From: Candidatus Yanofskybacteria bacterium
Lineage (GTDB): Bacteria > Patescibacteriota > Minisyncoccia > 2-02-FULL-40-12 > IGHO2-01-FULL-4-A
Direction of reading: 5' to 3'
Assembly: GCA_016181175.1 (NCBI GenBank)
Contig: JACOZV010000003.1
Location: 39,773 to 103,772 of the forward strand
Length of the DNA stretch: 64,000 nt
Part shown: piece by piece, positions 1 through 8,836 of the stretch
Numbering within the stretch: the first letter of the stretch is position 1
Layout of the letters: each line of letters begins with the position of its first letter
Program-made: the position numbers and the translations under genes
Notes under the pieces: generated by a model
The model's database searches: none
What the model was told of the DNA's origin: nothing
Seen by the model: the letters and a program-made list of their open reading frames with translations, nothing else

Positions 1-91
1 CCGATGAATAGTGGGTAGACCGGTCGGCTGCCCTTTTTTGTTATTTGTAGAACCTAGTTCTGCTAAAAATAGATAGAGCGCCGGAAATCTT

Positions 92-379
92 ATGCGTCTA
101 CCAAAGGTTTTATGGGTTTTTGTACTGGTCGTTTCTGTTGCCTATTTTGGCTACTCGGTTTATATGTTTTACTGGCGCATACTTTATTGTTCCAACTTGG
201 CAACAGAGGGCTCTAAAATACCACCCATAGAGATTTATGACACCATTGCTTACGAGAAAACCTTTAGGAAAGTTTGTGGCGGAGGGCCAGGATTTATACC
301 TATTGTGATTAGTGTTGTCGGAATGTACTATGGATTTCGTGGCTGGGTTCTAAATTCCGTAAAAGACCATAAAAAATAA
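92..379 (+). CDS. hypothetical small membrane protein (TM-soluble-TM architecture)
   Basis: 95-aa ORF with an N-terminal hydrophobic helix and a C-terminal hydrophobic segment. It is followed 2 nt later by a second 95-aa ORF of the same architecture. Confidence 0.4.
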   Translation: MRLPKVLWVFVLVVSVAYFGYSVYMFYWRILYCSNLATEGSKIPPIEIYDTIAYEKTFRKVCGGGPGFIPIVISVVGMYYGFRGWVLNSVKDHKK

Positions 380-381
380 AG

Positions 382-669
382 GTGAATAAAAATATAACCA
401 TGTTATCCAAAAAACATATTAGAATTTTTTCTCTTGTAATCGCTATTATTTTTGTCGTCCTTTCCGTGGGCAATATGGTTTTAAGAGTTGCTACATGTAT
501 TCAGCTAGAAAAACCGACCGCACCGCCGACAGATTATAGTTCAGATAGCGAAGTGGACGCATGGATTACTTATAAAAAGTTCTGCAGAAATCCCGTGCCT
601 TATATTATTCTTCTCTTAAGTGGTGGATATTTAATCTCTGCTATTCGGAAATTAAAGCGCAAGTACTAA
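382..669 (+). CDS. hypothetical small membrane protein
   Basis: 95 aa with two predicted TM segments, same strand as and directly upstream of the R-M genes. Confidence 0.4.
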   Translation: MNKNITMLSKKHIRIFSLVIAIIFVVLSVGNMVLRVATCIQLEKPTAPPTDYSSDSEVDAWITYKKFCRNPVPYIILLLSGGYLISAIRKLKRKY

Positions 670-701
670 AGGTATAGAAAATATAATAATTTAGTGCTAA
701 A

Positions 702-1502
702 TTGGATTTATCTAATAGTTTTGTATTACTCAAAGATGTAATGAAGAATCCTAAATTTCCAAAAGATTTTATAAATAAGATTGTCTGTGGTGATGTTTTA
801 GATATAATGAGACATATCCCGAATGACTCTGTTGATTTAGTAATTACTTCACCGCCATATAATCTCAAGAACTCAACTGGCAATGGTATGAAAGACGGCC
901 GAGGCGGTAAATGGGCAAATGCCGCTTTACAAAAAGGTTATACTCATCATGACGATTGTATGCCTCACGAAGAATATGTTAAGTGGCAGAAAAATTGTCT
1001 TACCGAAATGATGAGGATTATCCCTGAACATGGCGCTATTTTCTATAACCACAAGAGGCGAGTTCAAGACGGCATATTGCAGGACCGCCAAGATATAGTG
1101 GGCGGTTTCCCGGTGCGTCAAATTATAATCTGGCAGCGTAAGGGCGGTCTCAATTTTAATCCCGGTTATTTTCTTCCGACTCATGAGGTCATTTATCTTA
1201 TCGCAAAACCCAAATTTAAGCTTGCACCTAAAGCCAACGCTCATGGTGATGTTTGGGAATTTACTCAAGAAATGAAGAATAAACATCCGGCCGCTTTTCC
1301 GGTAGACCTTATTGACCGGATTGTTTCGTCTACTACGGCCCAAACCATTTTAGACCCTTTCATGGGTTCGGGCACTACGGCAATTTCTGCCCTTAATCAT
1401 AAAAGAAATTATATCGGGATTGAAATTTCTCCCGAATATTGTAAAATGGCACAACAAAGAATTAAAGACTATAAACCCCAAGACCCATTTTTATTACAAT
1501 GA
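702..1502 (+). CDS. beta-class DNA methyltransferase, probably N4-cytosine (SPPY motif IV; C-terminal FxGxG motif I)
   Basis: VITSPPYNL catalytic motif IV in the N-terminal half and DPFMGSGTTAISA AdoMet-binding motif I near the C-terminus (beta permutation). Its stop overlaps the next start (ATGA). Confidence 0.85.
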   Translation: MDLSNSFVLLKDVMKNPKFPKDFINKIVCGDVLDIMRHIPNDSVDLVITSPPYNLKNSTGNGMKDGRGGKWANAALQKGYTHHDDCMPHEEYVKWQKNCLTEMMRIIPEHGAIFYNHKRRVQDGILQDRQDIVGGFPVRQIIIWQRKGGLNFNPGYFLPTHEVIYLIAKPKFKLAPKANAHGDVWEFTQEMKNKHPAAFPVDLIDRIVSSTTAQTILDPFMGSGTTAISALNHKRNYIGIEISPEYCKMAQQRIKDYKPQDPFLLQ

Positions 1503-2296
1503 AAAAAGAACCGGTTATTTATACAAAGCAAGCGCTTATAGAAAAGCTCAAAGAAATTGCCGATATGGGTTGGATTAAGAACGCTCGCCATGGCAATCAG
1601 GGCGGTGTTGGGAATACTTTAGAAGATTTGCTTGGTATAGAGGAGAACAATCTGCCAATTCCTAATGCGGCCGAATGGGAGTTAAAGACACAAAGATTAA
1701 ATTCCGGCTCTTTGTGTACTCTTTTTCACATGGAGCCATCGCCCCGGGCCATTGGATTTGTTCCGAAAGTTCTTTTACCTAAATATGGCTGGCCTCATCA
1801 AGAGAGTGGTAAGAAATATACCAAAGGAGAAATGAGTTTTAGGCAAACCATTCAAGGACTTTCTAGGAGCGACCGCGGATTTATGGTTAAGATTGACCGG
1901 AAAGCAAAAAGGGTGCTGGTTTCTTTTGACACTAAAAGCGTAGATGCACGACACAAGAAATGGCTTAAGTCAGTTGAAAAACGCGTAGGTTTAGGCGAAT
2001 TAAATCCACAGCCCTATTGGGGCTTTGACGACTTGGAGCATAAGGCCGGGACCAAATTGCTAAACGCTTTCTATGTCCAAGCTAAAGTTAAAAAGATACG
2101 AGGCAAAGAGCATTACAAATATAGCAAGGTTATGATGTTGCAGAAGTTTAGTTTTGAAGGATTTTTGAAGGCGATTGAGGAGGCACAAATCTTTGTAGAT
2201 TTTGATGCCCGCACCGGTCATAATCACGGGACGAAATTTAGGGTAAGAGAGGACAGTTTACCGATGCTTTATGAAAAAGTAACGACCATTTTATGA
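1499..2296 (+). CDS. type II restriction endonuclease, MvaI/BcnI-like
   Basis: Translationally coupled to the MTase. The N-terminal region (GVGNTLEDLLGIEENNLPIPNAAEWELKT...SLCTLFHMEP) resembles, from memory, the BcnI/MvaI block ...GVVGQILERQFGVQENNITLGDLGEFELKG...NLTLFHKKP. That family pairs with m4C MTases. Confidence 0.55.
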   Translation: MKKEPVIYTKQALIEKLKEIADMGWIKNARHGNQGGVGNTLEDLLGIEENNLPIPNAAEWELKTQRLNSGSLCTLFHMEPSPRAIGFVPKVLLPKYGWPHQESGKKYTKGEMSFRQTIQGLSRSDRGFMVKIDRKAKRVLVSFDTKSVDARHKKWLKSVEKRVGLGELNPQPYWGFDDLEHKAGTKLLNAFYVQAKVKKIRGKEHYKYSKVMMLQKFSFEGFLKAIEEAQIFVDFDARTGHNHGTKFRVREDSLPMLYEKVTTIL

Positions 2297-3024
2297 AAGG
2301 TATAAAAGAATCCAAACCCTGGAAAATTGCTAGAAGGGCAAACGATTTCTTACTTCGCTGGTTTGGGTTTGATTTAATCATTGTCTTTCTTTTGGTTGTA
2401 GGAATCATCGTTATAATTAATTTCGGCGATCGGTCTGATTTTGACAAACTTGCTGTTTCTTTAATTCTTTGGGGAACTGCACTTTCTATTATTCAATATA
2501 CCAAAGAAACACACGGGCTTAGACTTTCAAATAAACGGCTTCTTGACAGTAGCGAGAGAGCAAACAATATAGCAGCAAGGCCGATACTTGCACCACGTTT
2601 TTTAGAAACAAACTACGGTACTGCTAATTACATCTCGGTTAATCTAAAGAATGTAGGAGGAGGGGTTGCAAAAAATATTCGGTGGAGCATCAAAGTAAAT
2701 AAAGATTCAGATAGCCTAGCTGATAAAAATTTATTCTGGCGGAGTTTAAACGAAGACACATTGCCTAAAATTTGGCCTAACTTTGGATATAGGGTAACAA
2801 TGTTTAAGAAAATGGATTACGATAACCTGTGGAAGACCGTTCTTATTGTTAAGTATGATTGGGAATTTAGAAACAATGAAACCGAGGTCTTTCCGTTGGA
2901 CCTAGATTATTACGCGTCCTCTGACTTATCCGGAAATCTCTTAGAAAAGTTGGACGATGTCTGGGTTCATGAAAAAATTAGAGAAATCGCGATTCGGCAC
3001 GTTAAATCACAGATAAATGAATAA
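2293..3024 (+). CDS. hypothetical membrane-anchored protein, third gene of the R-M operon
   Basis: Start overlaps the REase stop (ATGA). It has a predicted N-terminal TM helix and then a 200-aa soluble domain with no motif I recognise. Confidence 0.5.
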   Translation: MKGIKESKPWKIARRANDFLLRWFGFDLIIVFLLVVGIIVIINFGDRSDFDKLAVSLILWGTALSIIQYTKETHGLRLSNKRLLDSSERANNIAARPILAPRFLETNYGTANYISVNLKNVGGGVAKNIRWSIKVNKDSDSLADKNLFWRSLNEDTLPKIWPNFGYRVTMFKKMDYDNLWKTVLIVKYDWEFRNNETEVFPLDLDYYASSDLSGNLLEKLDDVWVHEKIREIAIRHVKSQINE

Positions 3025-3110
3025 GACGGGTTCAAATATCGTTTAATAGTCGGGGGGTAGTGTGATAAGATAGGTTCTAATATCATTCAATACCCTCCGC
3101 CAGTTAGGAA

Positions 3111-3626
3111 ATGAAGTCATTGGCTCGCCCGCTACGCGGGCTCGCCAGCCGTTTTGAATCTAAAATTATGAGAAAATTAATAATTTTTATCATCATCGCA
3201 GTTATTGTCGGCGCAGGCGTGTACTACGCTAGTTTTTATTTCAGAGAGACAAGGGTACAGGAAGAAATTCCTAAAGAAATGCTTACTAATATCAAGACGC
3301 TTCGCCGGGGCAACTTCGAAAAAATTGACATTATCCACGGCGGTTCTGGAAAGGCCCTGTTGCTGGAAGATGCCACTGGGCACAAACTGTTGAGGTTCGA
3401 GAATTTTGAAGTAACTAATGGCCCCGATCTTTACGTTTATCTTTCACGTAATCTCAAACCAACCGGAGACACCGAAAGTTTGGGTGATTTTATAAATCTT
3501 GGGCCTCTCAAGGGTAGCAAGGGTAACCAAAATTATGAGATAAATCAAAATATTGACGGCTACAACACGGCGGTGATCTGGTGCAAACAATTTGGGGTAC
3601 TATTTTCTTTCGCGGTTTTACAATAA
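3111..3626 (+). CDS. DM13 domain-containing secreted/membrane-anchored protein
   Basis: FEVTNGPDLYVYLS...NQNYEI...AVIWC matches the DM13 GPDLxVxL hallmark. A signal/TM segment (MRKLIIFIIIAVIVGAG) suggests the real start may be the internal ATG near 3168. Confidence 0.55.
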   Translation: MKSLARPLRGLASRFESKIMRKLIIFIIIAVIVGAGVYYASFYFRETRVQEEIPKEMLTNIKTLRRGNFEKIDIIHGGSGKALLLEDATGHKLLRFENFEVTNGPDLYVYLSRNLKPTGDTESLGDFINLGPLKGSKGNQNYEINQNIDGYNTAVIWCKQFGVLFSFAVLQ

Positions 3627-3690
3627 TTCGAATTGGTTTGGAGCTTCTCAAAACCACAATTTTGTGGTATTTTTATACTTGGAGGGTTCG

Positions 3691-3830
3691 CCTAATGGTT
3701 AAGGCACCACTCTTTAATCCAGCTCTTGGCGGTGAGGTGGCCGAGTGGGTTGAATGCGAAGCAAGCAGCATTCAACGGGCAACAAAAAGTTGCCCCGGAA
3801 ACATGAGGTCAACAGTTTTTTGATTGAGGC
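3691..3830 (+). repeat. degenerate tRNA-like fragments including an 18-nt exact copy of the tRNA-Ser 5' end (3731-3748), followed by two perfect hairpins and a T-run
   Basis: ggtgaggtggccgagtgg at 3731-3748 equals tRNA-Ser 3846-3863. Next come the hairpins gttgaatgc/gcattcaac (9 bp) and gggcaac/gttgccc (7 bp), and there is no T-arm. An upstream ggagggttcgcctaatggttaaggca resembles a tRNA acceptor plus D-arm. Confidence 0.5.
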
Positions 3831-3845
3831 TTTGTTGAAATTATT

Positions 3846-3935
3846 GGTGAGGTGGCCGAGTGGTTTAAGGCAACGGTCTTGAAAACCGTCATACGGGAAA
3901 CCGTATCGTGAGTTCGAATCTCACCCTCACCACCA
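3846..3935 (+). tRNA. tRNA-Ser (anticodon TGA), type II with long variable arm, CCA encoded
   Basis: Manual fold: acceptor ggtgagg/cctcacc, D-arm gcc-gagtggtttaa-ggc, anticodon stem acggt/accgt with loop cTTGAaa, variable stem atacgg/ccgtat, T-arm gtgag-ttcgaat-ctcac, discriminator A + CCA. Confidence 0.85.
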
Positions 3936-3961
3936 AGAGCTGGGCAAGTGCTATATAAAAA

Positions 3962-4504
3962 ATGGCTCACATAATTGATCTTAAAAATAGGCAGACGGTA
4001 TTGAAACCAGAAAATGGCGAAAGGTTGAATTTAGAGCAATCCTCAATCAGGGTTATTTCCTGGTCCGGCCGACTTTATCACCAGCCCAATAGGTTTGCGG
4101 CTACGGTTGCGGCAGTTATTTTTTTTGGAATCGCTGTTTTGATCCAAATTTTTCAAAAAAATCTCATCACAACCGTTTTTTTTGCTTTGATTGGTGCGGT
4201 AATTTTGCTCAACACAAGACATGAACCCACAAACAATAATTTTGAAATAAACCCGGGCGGCATATCAGTAAATGGCAAAATATACAACTACCGTGAAATC
4301 AAATCGTTTTGGATTGAATATGACCTAACGCTTGGCATAAAAGAATTGAGTCTGCAATTAAAAAAATGGCACACGCCTTATGTTAAAATACCCATAGCCG
4401 AGCAAAATCCTGTACAGCTGAGGTTGGCTCTGCTAGAGTTTTTACCTGAGGTTGAACACAAGGATACACTTGTTGAAATATTGGCGAGAAAATTAGGAAT
4501 TTAA
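3962..4504 (+). CDS. hypothetical membrane protein
   Basis: 180-aa ORF between two tRNAs with two central hydrophobic helices and no recognisable motif. Confidence 0.45.
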   Translation: MAHIIDLKNRQTVLKPENGERLNLEQSSIRVISWSGRLYHQPNRFAATVAAVIFFGIAVLIQIFQKNLITTVFFALIGAVILLNTRHEPTNNNFEINPGGISVNGKIYNYREIKSFWIEYDLTLGIKELSLQLKKWHTPYVKIPIAEQNPVQLRLALLEFLPEVEHKDTLVEILARKLGI

Positions 4505-4505
4505 A

Positions 4506-4577
4506 CCTCTCGTAGTTCAATGGACAGAACGCGAGATTGCGGATCTCGTAATCCAGGTTCGAATCCTGGCGGGAGGA
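4506..4577 (+). tRNA. tRNA-Arg (anticodon GCG)
   Basis: Manual fold: acceptor cctctcg/cgggagg (one G-U), D-stem gttc/gaac, anticodon stem cgaga/tctcg with loop ttGCGga, T-arm ccagg-ttcgaat-cctgg, discriminator A. Confidence 0.75.
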
Positions 4578-4589
4578 CAAAATTGAAAA

Positions 4590-4622
4590 GCCGCCACGTT
4601 CTTTGGGGTGTGGCGGCTTTTC
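4590..4622 (+). terminator. rho-independent terminator after tRNA-Arg
   Basis: gccgccac-gttctttgggg-gtggcggc stem followed by TTTTC. Confidence 0.7.
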
Positions 4623-4661
4623 AATTGGAGAGATTGGTGATATTAAAGTTATAATTAAACC

Positions 4662-6821
4662 ATGTTTGACTTGAACACTCCCATCGAAAAACTCACTCGT
4701 GTCGGACCGAAGTTTTTGGCACGTTTGAAAAAACTGGAAATAAAATCAATCAAAGATTTATTGTGGCACTTCCCGGCACGCTATGACGACTTCAGTAAGT
4801 TATTACTAATATCAGACATTAATAACGCGGGGGAAGTTGTAAGTATTGCCGGCGAAGTGACAGATATCGAAATGGCAAGGTCATGGCGGCGCAGAATGAT
4901 CATTGTTAACGCAACTGTTGAAGACCAAAGCGGTTCTATCCGCGCTGTCTGGTTCAACCAGCCTTATATCGCTGATGCCTTAAAAATCGGGACAAATGTC
5001 AGCTTATCCGGCAAAATTTCCATGGACAAAAATGGCTTATACTTTTCGTCACCATCTTATGAAAAAATTTTTCCGCTAGAAACCGGTTTAACACACACCG
5101 GCCGGCTGGTTCCTGTTTATCCGGAAACCGAAGGCATTACCTCCAAGTACTTGCGTTTTTTGATTAAACCAATCCTTTTAAAAATGAGAGGTGTGCCCGA
5201 TCCCCTACCGTCAGAGATTATTAAAAAATATAACCTGCCAAACTTAGTTAAAGCCATCAATCAAATACATTTTCCGAAAAATCTGGAACAAGCCGAATCG
5301 GCAAGAAAAAGATTTACACTTGAAGAGTTACTTTTATTCCAACTGAGAACGTTGCGCGATCACAGGCAACTCCGAATGTTAAAAGCACCCCGAATTAATT
5401 TTGACAAGAAAATAATATCAGACTTCGTGAAAAATCTGCCCTTTAAATTGACCGATGATCAGAGAGTAGCGGCATATGAAATTCTACAAGACTTGGAACG
5501 GCCTTTTCCCATGAACCGGCTCCTTAACGGCGACGTCGGTTCCGGAAAAACTGTTGTGGCATTAATATCAGCTTTTCAAACAGTTTCAGCCGGCTTTCAG
5601 ACAGTATTCATGGCCCCAACGGAAATACTGGCCAAACAACACTTTGACTCGCTTTGTTCAACCATACTCACTGCAAGTCGCTCGCTCAACGCGGACGCAA
5701 AAATCAAAATCGGATTGTTAACCGGGAGTGAAGCAAAGCAATTCCCGACAGACGAGGTTGTTGAAGAAAAAATCAGTAAGAAATTGCTGGCATTAAAAAT
5801 TGCCAAGGGGCAAATAGATATTGTAATCGGCACCCATGCAGTAATTCAAAAGGGTATAAAATTTGCGAAATTAGGCCTTGTAATAATAGACGAGCAACAC
5901 AGATTCGGAGTTAAACAACGAATGCAGCTAATTAAAAATCAAGAATTGGTGCCGCACCTCCTGTCCATGACCGCGACTCCGATCCCGCGCACACTAGCTC
6001 TGACCGTCTATGGAGACTTGGACGTTTCACTGATTAAAGAAAAACCCAAAGGTAGGCAGCAAATTATCACCAAAATTATTCCGCACAGTAAAAGAAGTGA
6101 CGCTCTTGAATTTGTAGAACAACAAATTCGGTCTGGACGCCAAGTTTTTGTCATATGTCCTCAAATTGAAACATCAAAAACAGAAGAACCGGCGCAAAAC
6201 AAACCAATTTCACAAACAAAATTAGTTTGGGCCGAAATTAAGGCCGTATCCGATGAGTACGAGAAACTCTCAAAAAAAGTTTTTTCCCACCGTAGGGTGG
6301 CAATGCTCCATGGAAAAATGAAACCAAAAGATAAGAATGAAATTATGAAAAAATTCAAAGATGGGCATTATGACATACTGGTATCCACTTCCGTTGTTGA
6401 AGTGGGCATGGACATACCCAACGCCGCCGTCATGATGATTGAGTCGGCCGAAAGATTCGGCTTGGCCCAATTGCATCAATTCCGGGGACGGGTCGGCCGC
6501 GGCAAACACCAATCATATTGCTTATTGTTTACAAGCAGTAACGACACACGGACAACCCGTAATTTAAAAGCACTTGAAAAAACCGACAGCGGTTTTGAGT
6601 TGGCAGAAGCTGATCTAAAAATACGCGGTCCCGGGGAATTTACGGGAACGCAACAGTCAGGCCTTCCTGATTTTGCAATGGCGTCACTTGCCGACATTGA
6701 TCTGATAAAAAAAACCAGGCTTGAAGCCAGGTTATTATTAAAAGATGATCCGGCGCTGAAACGCCATCCGCTCCTTGCCGCCAGATTGGCAGAAATGCAA
6801 AGATTGGTCCATTTTGAATAA
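4662..6821 (+). CDS. recG: ATP-dependent DNA helicase RecG
   Basis: N-terminal wedge/OB region, then Walker A DVGSGKTVVA, DEQHRFGV (DEQH box), TATPIPRTLA, and the RecG-typical C-terminus. Confidence 0.9.
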   Translation: MFDLNTPIEKLTRVGPKFLARLKKLEIKSIKDLLWHFPARYDDFSKLLLISDINNAGEVVSIAGEVTDIEMARSWRRRMIIVNATVEDQSGSIRAVWFNQPYIADALKIGTNVSLSGKISMDKNGLYFSSPSYEKIFPLETGLTHTGRLVPVYPETEGITSKYLRFLIKPILLKMRGVPDPLPSEIIKKYNLPNLVKAINQIHFPKNLEQAESARKRFTLEELLLFQLRTLRDHRQLRMLKAPRINFDKKIISDFVKNLPFKLTDDQRVAAYEILQDLERPFPMNRLLNGDVGSGKTVVALISAFQTVSAGFQTVFMAPTEILAKQHFDSLCSTILTASRSLNADAKIKIGLLTGSEAKQFPTDEVVEEKISKKLLALKIAKGQIDIVIGTHAVIQKGIKFAKLGLVIIDEQHRFGVKQRMQLIKNQELVPHLLSMTATPIPRTLALTVYGDLDVSLIKEKPKGRQQIITKIIPHSKRSDALEFVEQQIRSGRQVFVICPQIETSKTEEPAQNKPISQTKLVWAEIKAVSDEYEKLSKKVFSHRRVAMLHGKMKPKDKNEIMKKFKDGHYDILVSTSVVEVGMDIPNAAVMMIESAERFGLAQLHQFRGRVGRGKHQSYCLLFTSSNDTRTTRNLKALEKTDSGFELAEADLKIRGPGEFTGTQQSGLPDFAMASLADIDLIKKTRLEARLLLKDDPALKRHPLLAARLAEMQRLVHFE

Positions 6822-6822
6822 T

Positions 6823-7155
6823 TTAGCCGGTAATTCTTTGTTTCACAACCTCGGCTAACTTTTGAAATTCGTACACGTCAAATGATTTTTTGTATGCCTG
6901 AATCTTTAGAATTTCTTCTATCTGCCGGTCAATAAACTCACAAATGGGCAAAATGTCTAAAAAGTCTCTGGAGCTCACGGAAGGATCATTATCCATTTCC
7001 AGCAACTTTTGTTCTAAATCTTCATAATCATCCAAAATCCTATTGACCCTTTTTGCTCTTTTAATGTCGTAAAGAATTTTAAGGGTAAACGATATGACGG
7101 CGCCAGCCATCAAAAGGAATAAAAGCGTAGTGTTTGCTCTCACACCGACCCTCAT
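6823..7155 (-). CDS. hypothetical small membrane protein
   Basis: 110 aa with an N-terminal hydrophobic segment and no recognisable motif. Confidence 0.35.
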   Translation of the reverse strand: MRVGVRANTTLLFLLMAGAVISFTLKILYDIKRAKRVNRILDDYEDLEQKLLEMDNDPSVSSRDFLDILPICEFIDRQIEEILKIQAYKKSFDVYEFQKLAEVVKQRITG

Positions 7156-7216
7156 TAAAATATTAAGATTCTGTATTAAGAATATAAATAAATACTTTAC
7201 TTGTAAAGATCACCCC

Positions 7217-8791
7217 TTAGGTTTTTGGGTAACTCCGCGACTTTGGAGTTACCCAAAAACCCATATATTTACCGAGCATAAGACGGGTTTGAGCCTCAAG
7301 ACCCGGTAACGAACCAAGAAGAATAGTCGTTACCGGAAATAGAATCCACTGAAGTAACATCCAAACATGCTTAAATTTTCCATATCGCGGAGGCCTGGGT
7401 GGCAAAACAAAAATTGTAAATATGGCTGACGTCACCAATCCAATCATCGCAAAGGTCATAATTAAACGCGTAATAAACGGCAAGTTAAAAGACAAGACTG
7501 TTCTGTTAAACTGACTGCCTCCAACAATTACAGGCAACCAGCCAAGTAAAAATATTATAATCGCATTGGTGGCCCATGACCAAAATCTTTCCAACATTGT
7601 AAGGGCCAGGTAAATTTTCTTACCCAGACCGATTGCCTTATTTTTATAAAACCCAAAAATAAAATATGGCACATTTTCTACGCCATATCCCCAACGCCGC
7701 TGTTGCTTATAAACATTTACCATGGTTCGCCAAAACGTTTGGCCCACATTAGCATCCATTGAAACTGGGTAATATAAAGGTTCTACCTTGTATCGACTGT
7801 CATACCGCAAAAAACATTGCCAAAAAATGCGCGAATCCTCAGAAACCATGTTGGTCTGCCAAAAATCCACATCAACCAATGCGGCCAATGGCATTGAATG
7901 GCTAGAAAAAGTAGTGTCACTTTCCATGCGTTCCTGTTTTATCGTATGCCAGAATGTTGAAGAAAAAGCCACAACCCGCGCAAATGACGGTGCTTCCCAA
8001 ATGTTATTGGTATAAAACGGCACTGGCTGATAAGAAGAATGCAGTGGATCTTGCGAAGTAAGAAATGTATAAGTTAGGCGTAAAAAATATTGCGGAAAAA
8101 CGATAGTATCAATATCCAGAGCCGAAACTAAAACGCGATCATGTAAAATTCCCATATTATCTATTACTTCGCGTTTAGTAAATTTACCAGCCCAAGCAAT
8201 GTTAGATCCCTTGCCAGCCAACTCACCCTGTAGCGAAGCTGGGTGTTCAACAATTATCAATTTTAAAAAAACATTTTGGTATTTTGAAATTATTATTTTT
8301 GCTACCGAGGAATTAAAATCTTTCCCTGCCCGTTCTTCCTGAGCAACTACGACAATCATCCTGTTCTTTGGGTAATTTGAATTTGTTAATCCATCCAAGG
8401 TTGCATTTATCATTTCCGGATCTTCCTTGTAGGTAGGTAACAAAACTAAATGATAAATATCCTGCCAAGACTTAATGGCTGGCAACTGATAACTGGCGAC
8501 TGGCAACTGGTTTAAAGCCTTTGACCAGTCAATTTTCATATTCAAGCGCATTTGTTTAAACGCGACCCGCAAATGGAAAGACAAGTAAACCGTTTTAACA
8601 AACCAATAAACATCAAAAATAATTATAAAAATTGCGACAATAACAGGTTGAATAAATGATAAAACAACCGCAGCTATTAAAGTGGCCCAGGCCAGAAATC
8701 CAGGCAAAATCTCAAAAAACCGGTATAAAAACCGGTCCTTTTTATCAATTAAATCAGGGGCTCTACCTAATTTTAAATAACTATCAACCAC
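7217..8791 (-). CDS. membrane-embedded family-2 glycosyltransferase (processive, cellulose-synthase-like QxxRW type)
   Basis: Multiple TM helices flank a cytoplasmic GT domain with VVVAQEERAGK...GKGSNIAWAG and QQRRWGYG (the Q(Q/R)xRW motif). The last 14 codons are encoded by a perfect palindrome. Confidence 0.6.
   Translation of the reverse strand: MVDSYLKLGRAPDLIDKKDRFLYRFFEILPGFLAWATLIAAVVLSFIQPVIVAIFIIIFDVYWFVKTVYLSFHLRVAFKQMRLNMKIDWSKALNQLPVASYQLPAIKSWQDIYHLVLLPTYKEDPEMINATLDGLTNSNYPKNRMIVVVAQEERAGKDFNSSVAKIIISKYQNVFLKLIIVEHPASLQGELAGKGSNIAWAGKFTKREVIDNMGILHDRVLVSALDIDTIVFPQYFLRLTYTFLTSQDPLHSSYQPVPFYTNNIWEAPSFARVVAFSSTFWHTIKQERMESDTTFSSHSMPLAALVDVDFWQTNMVSEDSRIFWQCFLRYDSRYKVEPLYYPVSMDANVGQTFWRTMVNVYKQQRRWGYGVENVPYFIFGFYKNKAIGLGKKIYLALTMLERFWSWATNAIIIFLLGWLPVIVGGSQFNRTVLSFNLPFITRLIMTFAMIGLVTSAIFTIFVLPPRPPRYGKFKHVWMLLQWILFPVTTILLGSLPGLEAQTRLMLGKYMGFWVTPKSRSYPKT
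7221..7260. repeat. perfect 16-bp-arm palindrome (gtttttgggtaactcc-N8-ggagttacccaaaaac) inside the last codons of the GT2 gene
   Basis: Exact inverted repeat read directly from the sequence. It encodes GFWVTPKSRSYPKT on the minus strand and a similar GFWVTPRLWSYPKT on the plus strand. No U-tract follows on either strand. Confidence 0.6.
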
Positions 8792-8828
8792 AGACTCACA
8801 TTAGTTTAAAAATTAAAAGGGGGCAACA
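8792..8828 (-). terminator. rho-independent terminator after the 8837..9580 gene
   Basis: ggggc-aacat-gcccc hairpin followed by a T-run on the minus strand. Confidence 0.55.
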
Positions 8829-8836
8829 TGCCCCAG

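Noticed and set aside
641-1343. Antisense ORFs (80 aa and 138 aa) overlapping the methyltransferase gene
   Set aside because: They sit inside or opposite a well-supported CDS with clear motifs. They are typical shadow ORFs.
3581-3823. 80-aa ORF on the plus strand
   Set aside because: It lies entirely within the tRNA-like fragment/hairpin region between the DM13 gene and tRNA-Ser, with no RBS. It is almost certainly not coding.
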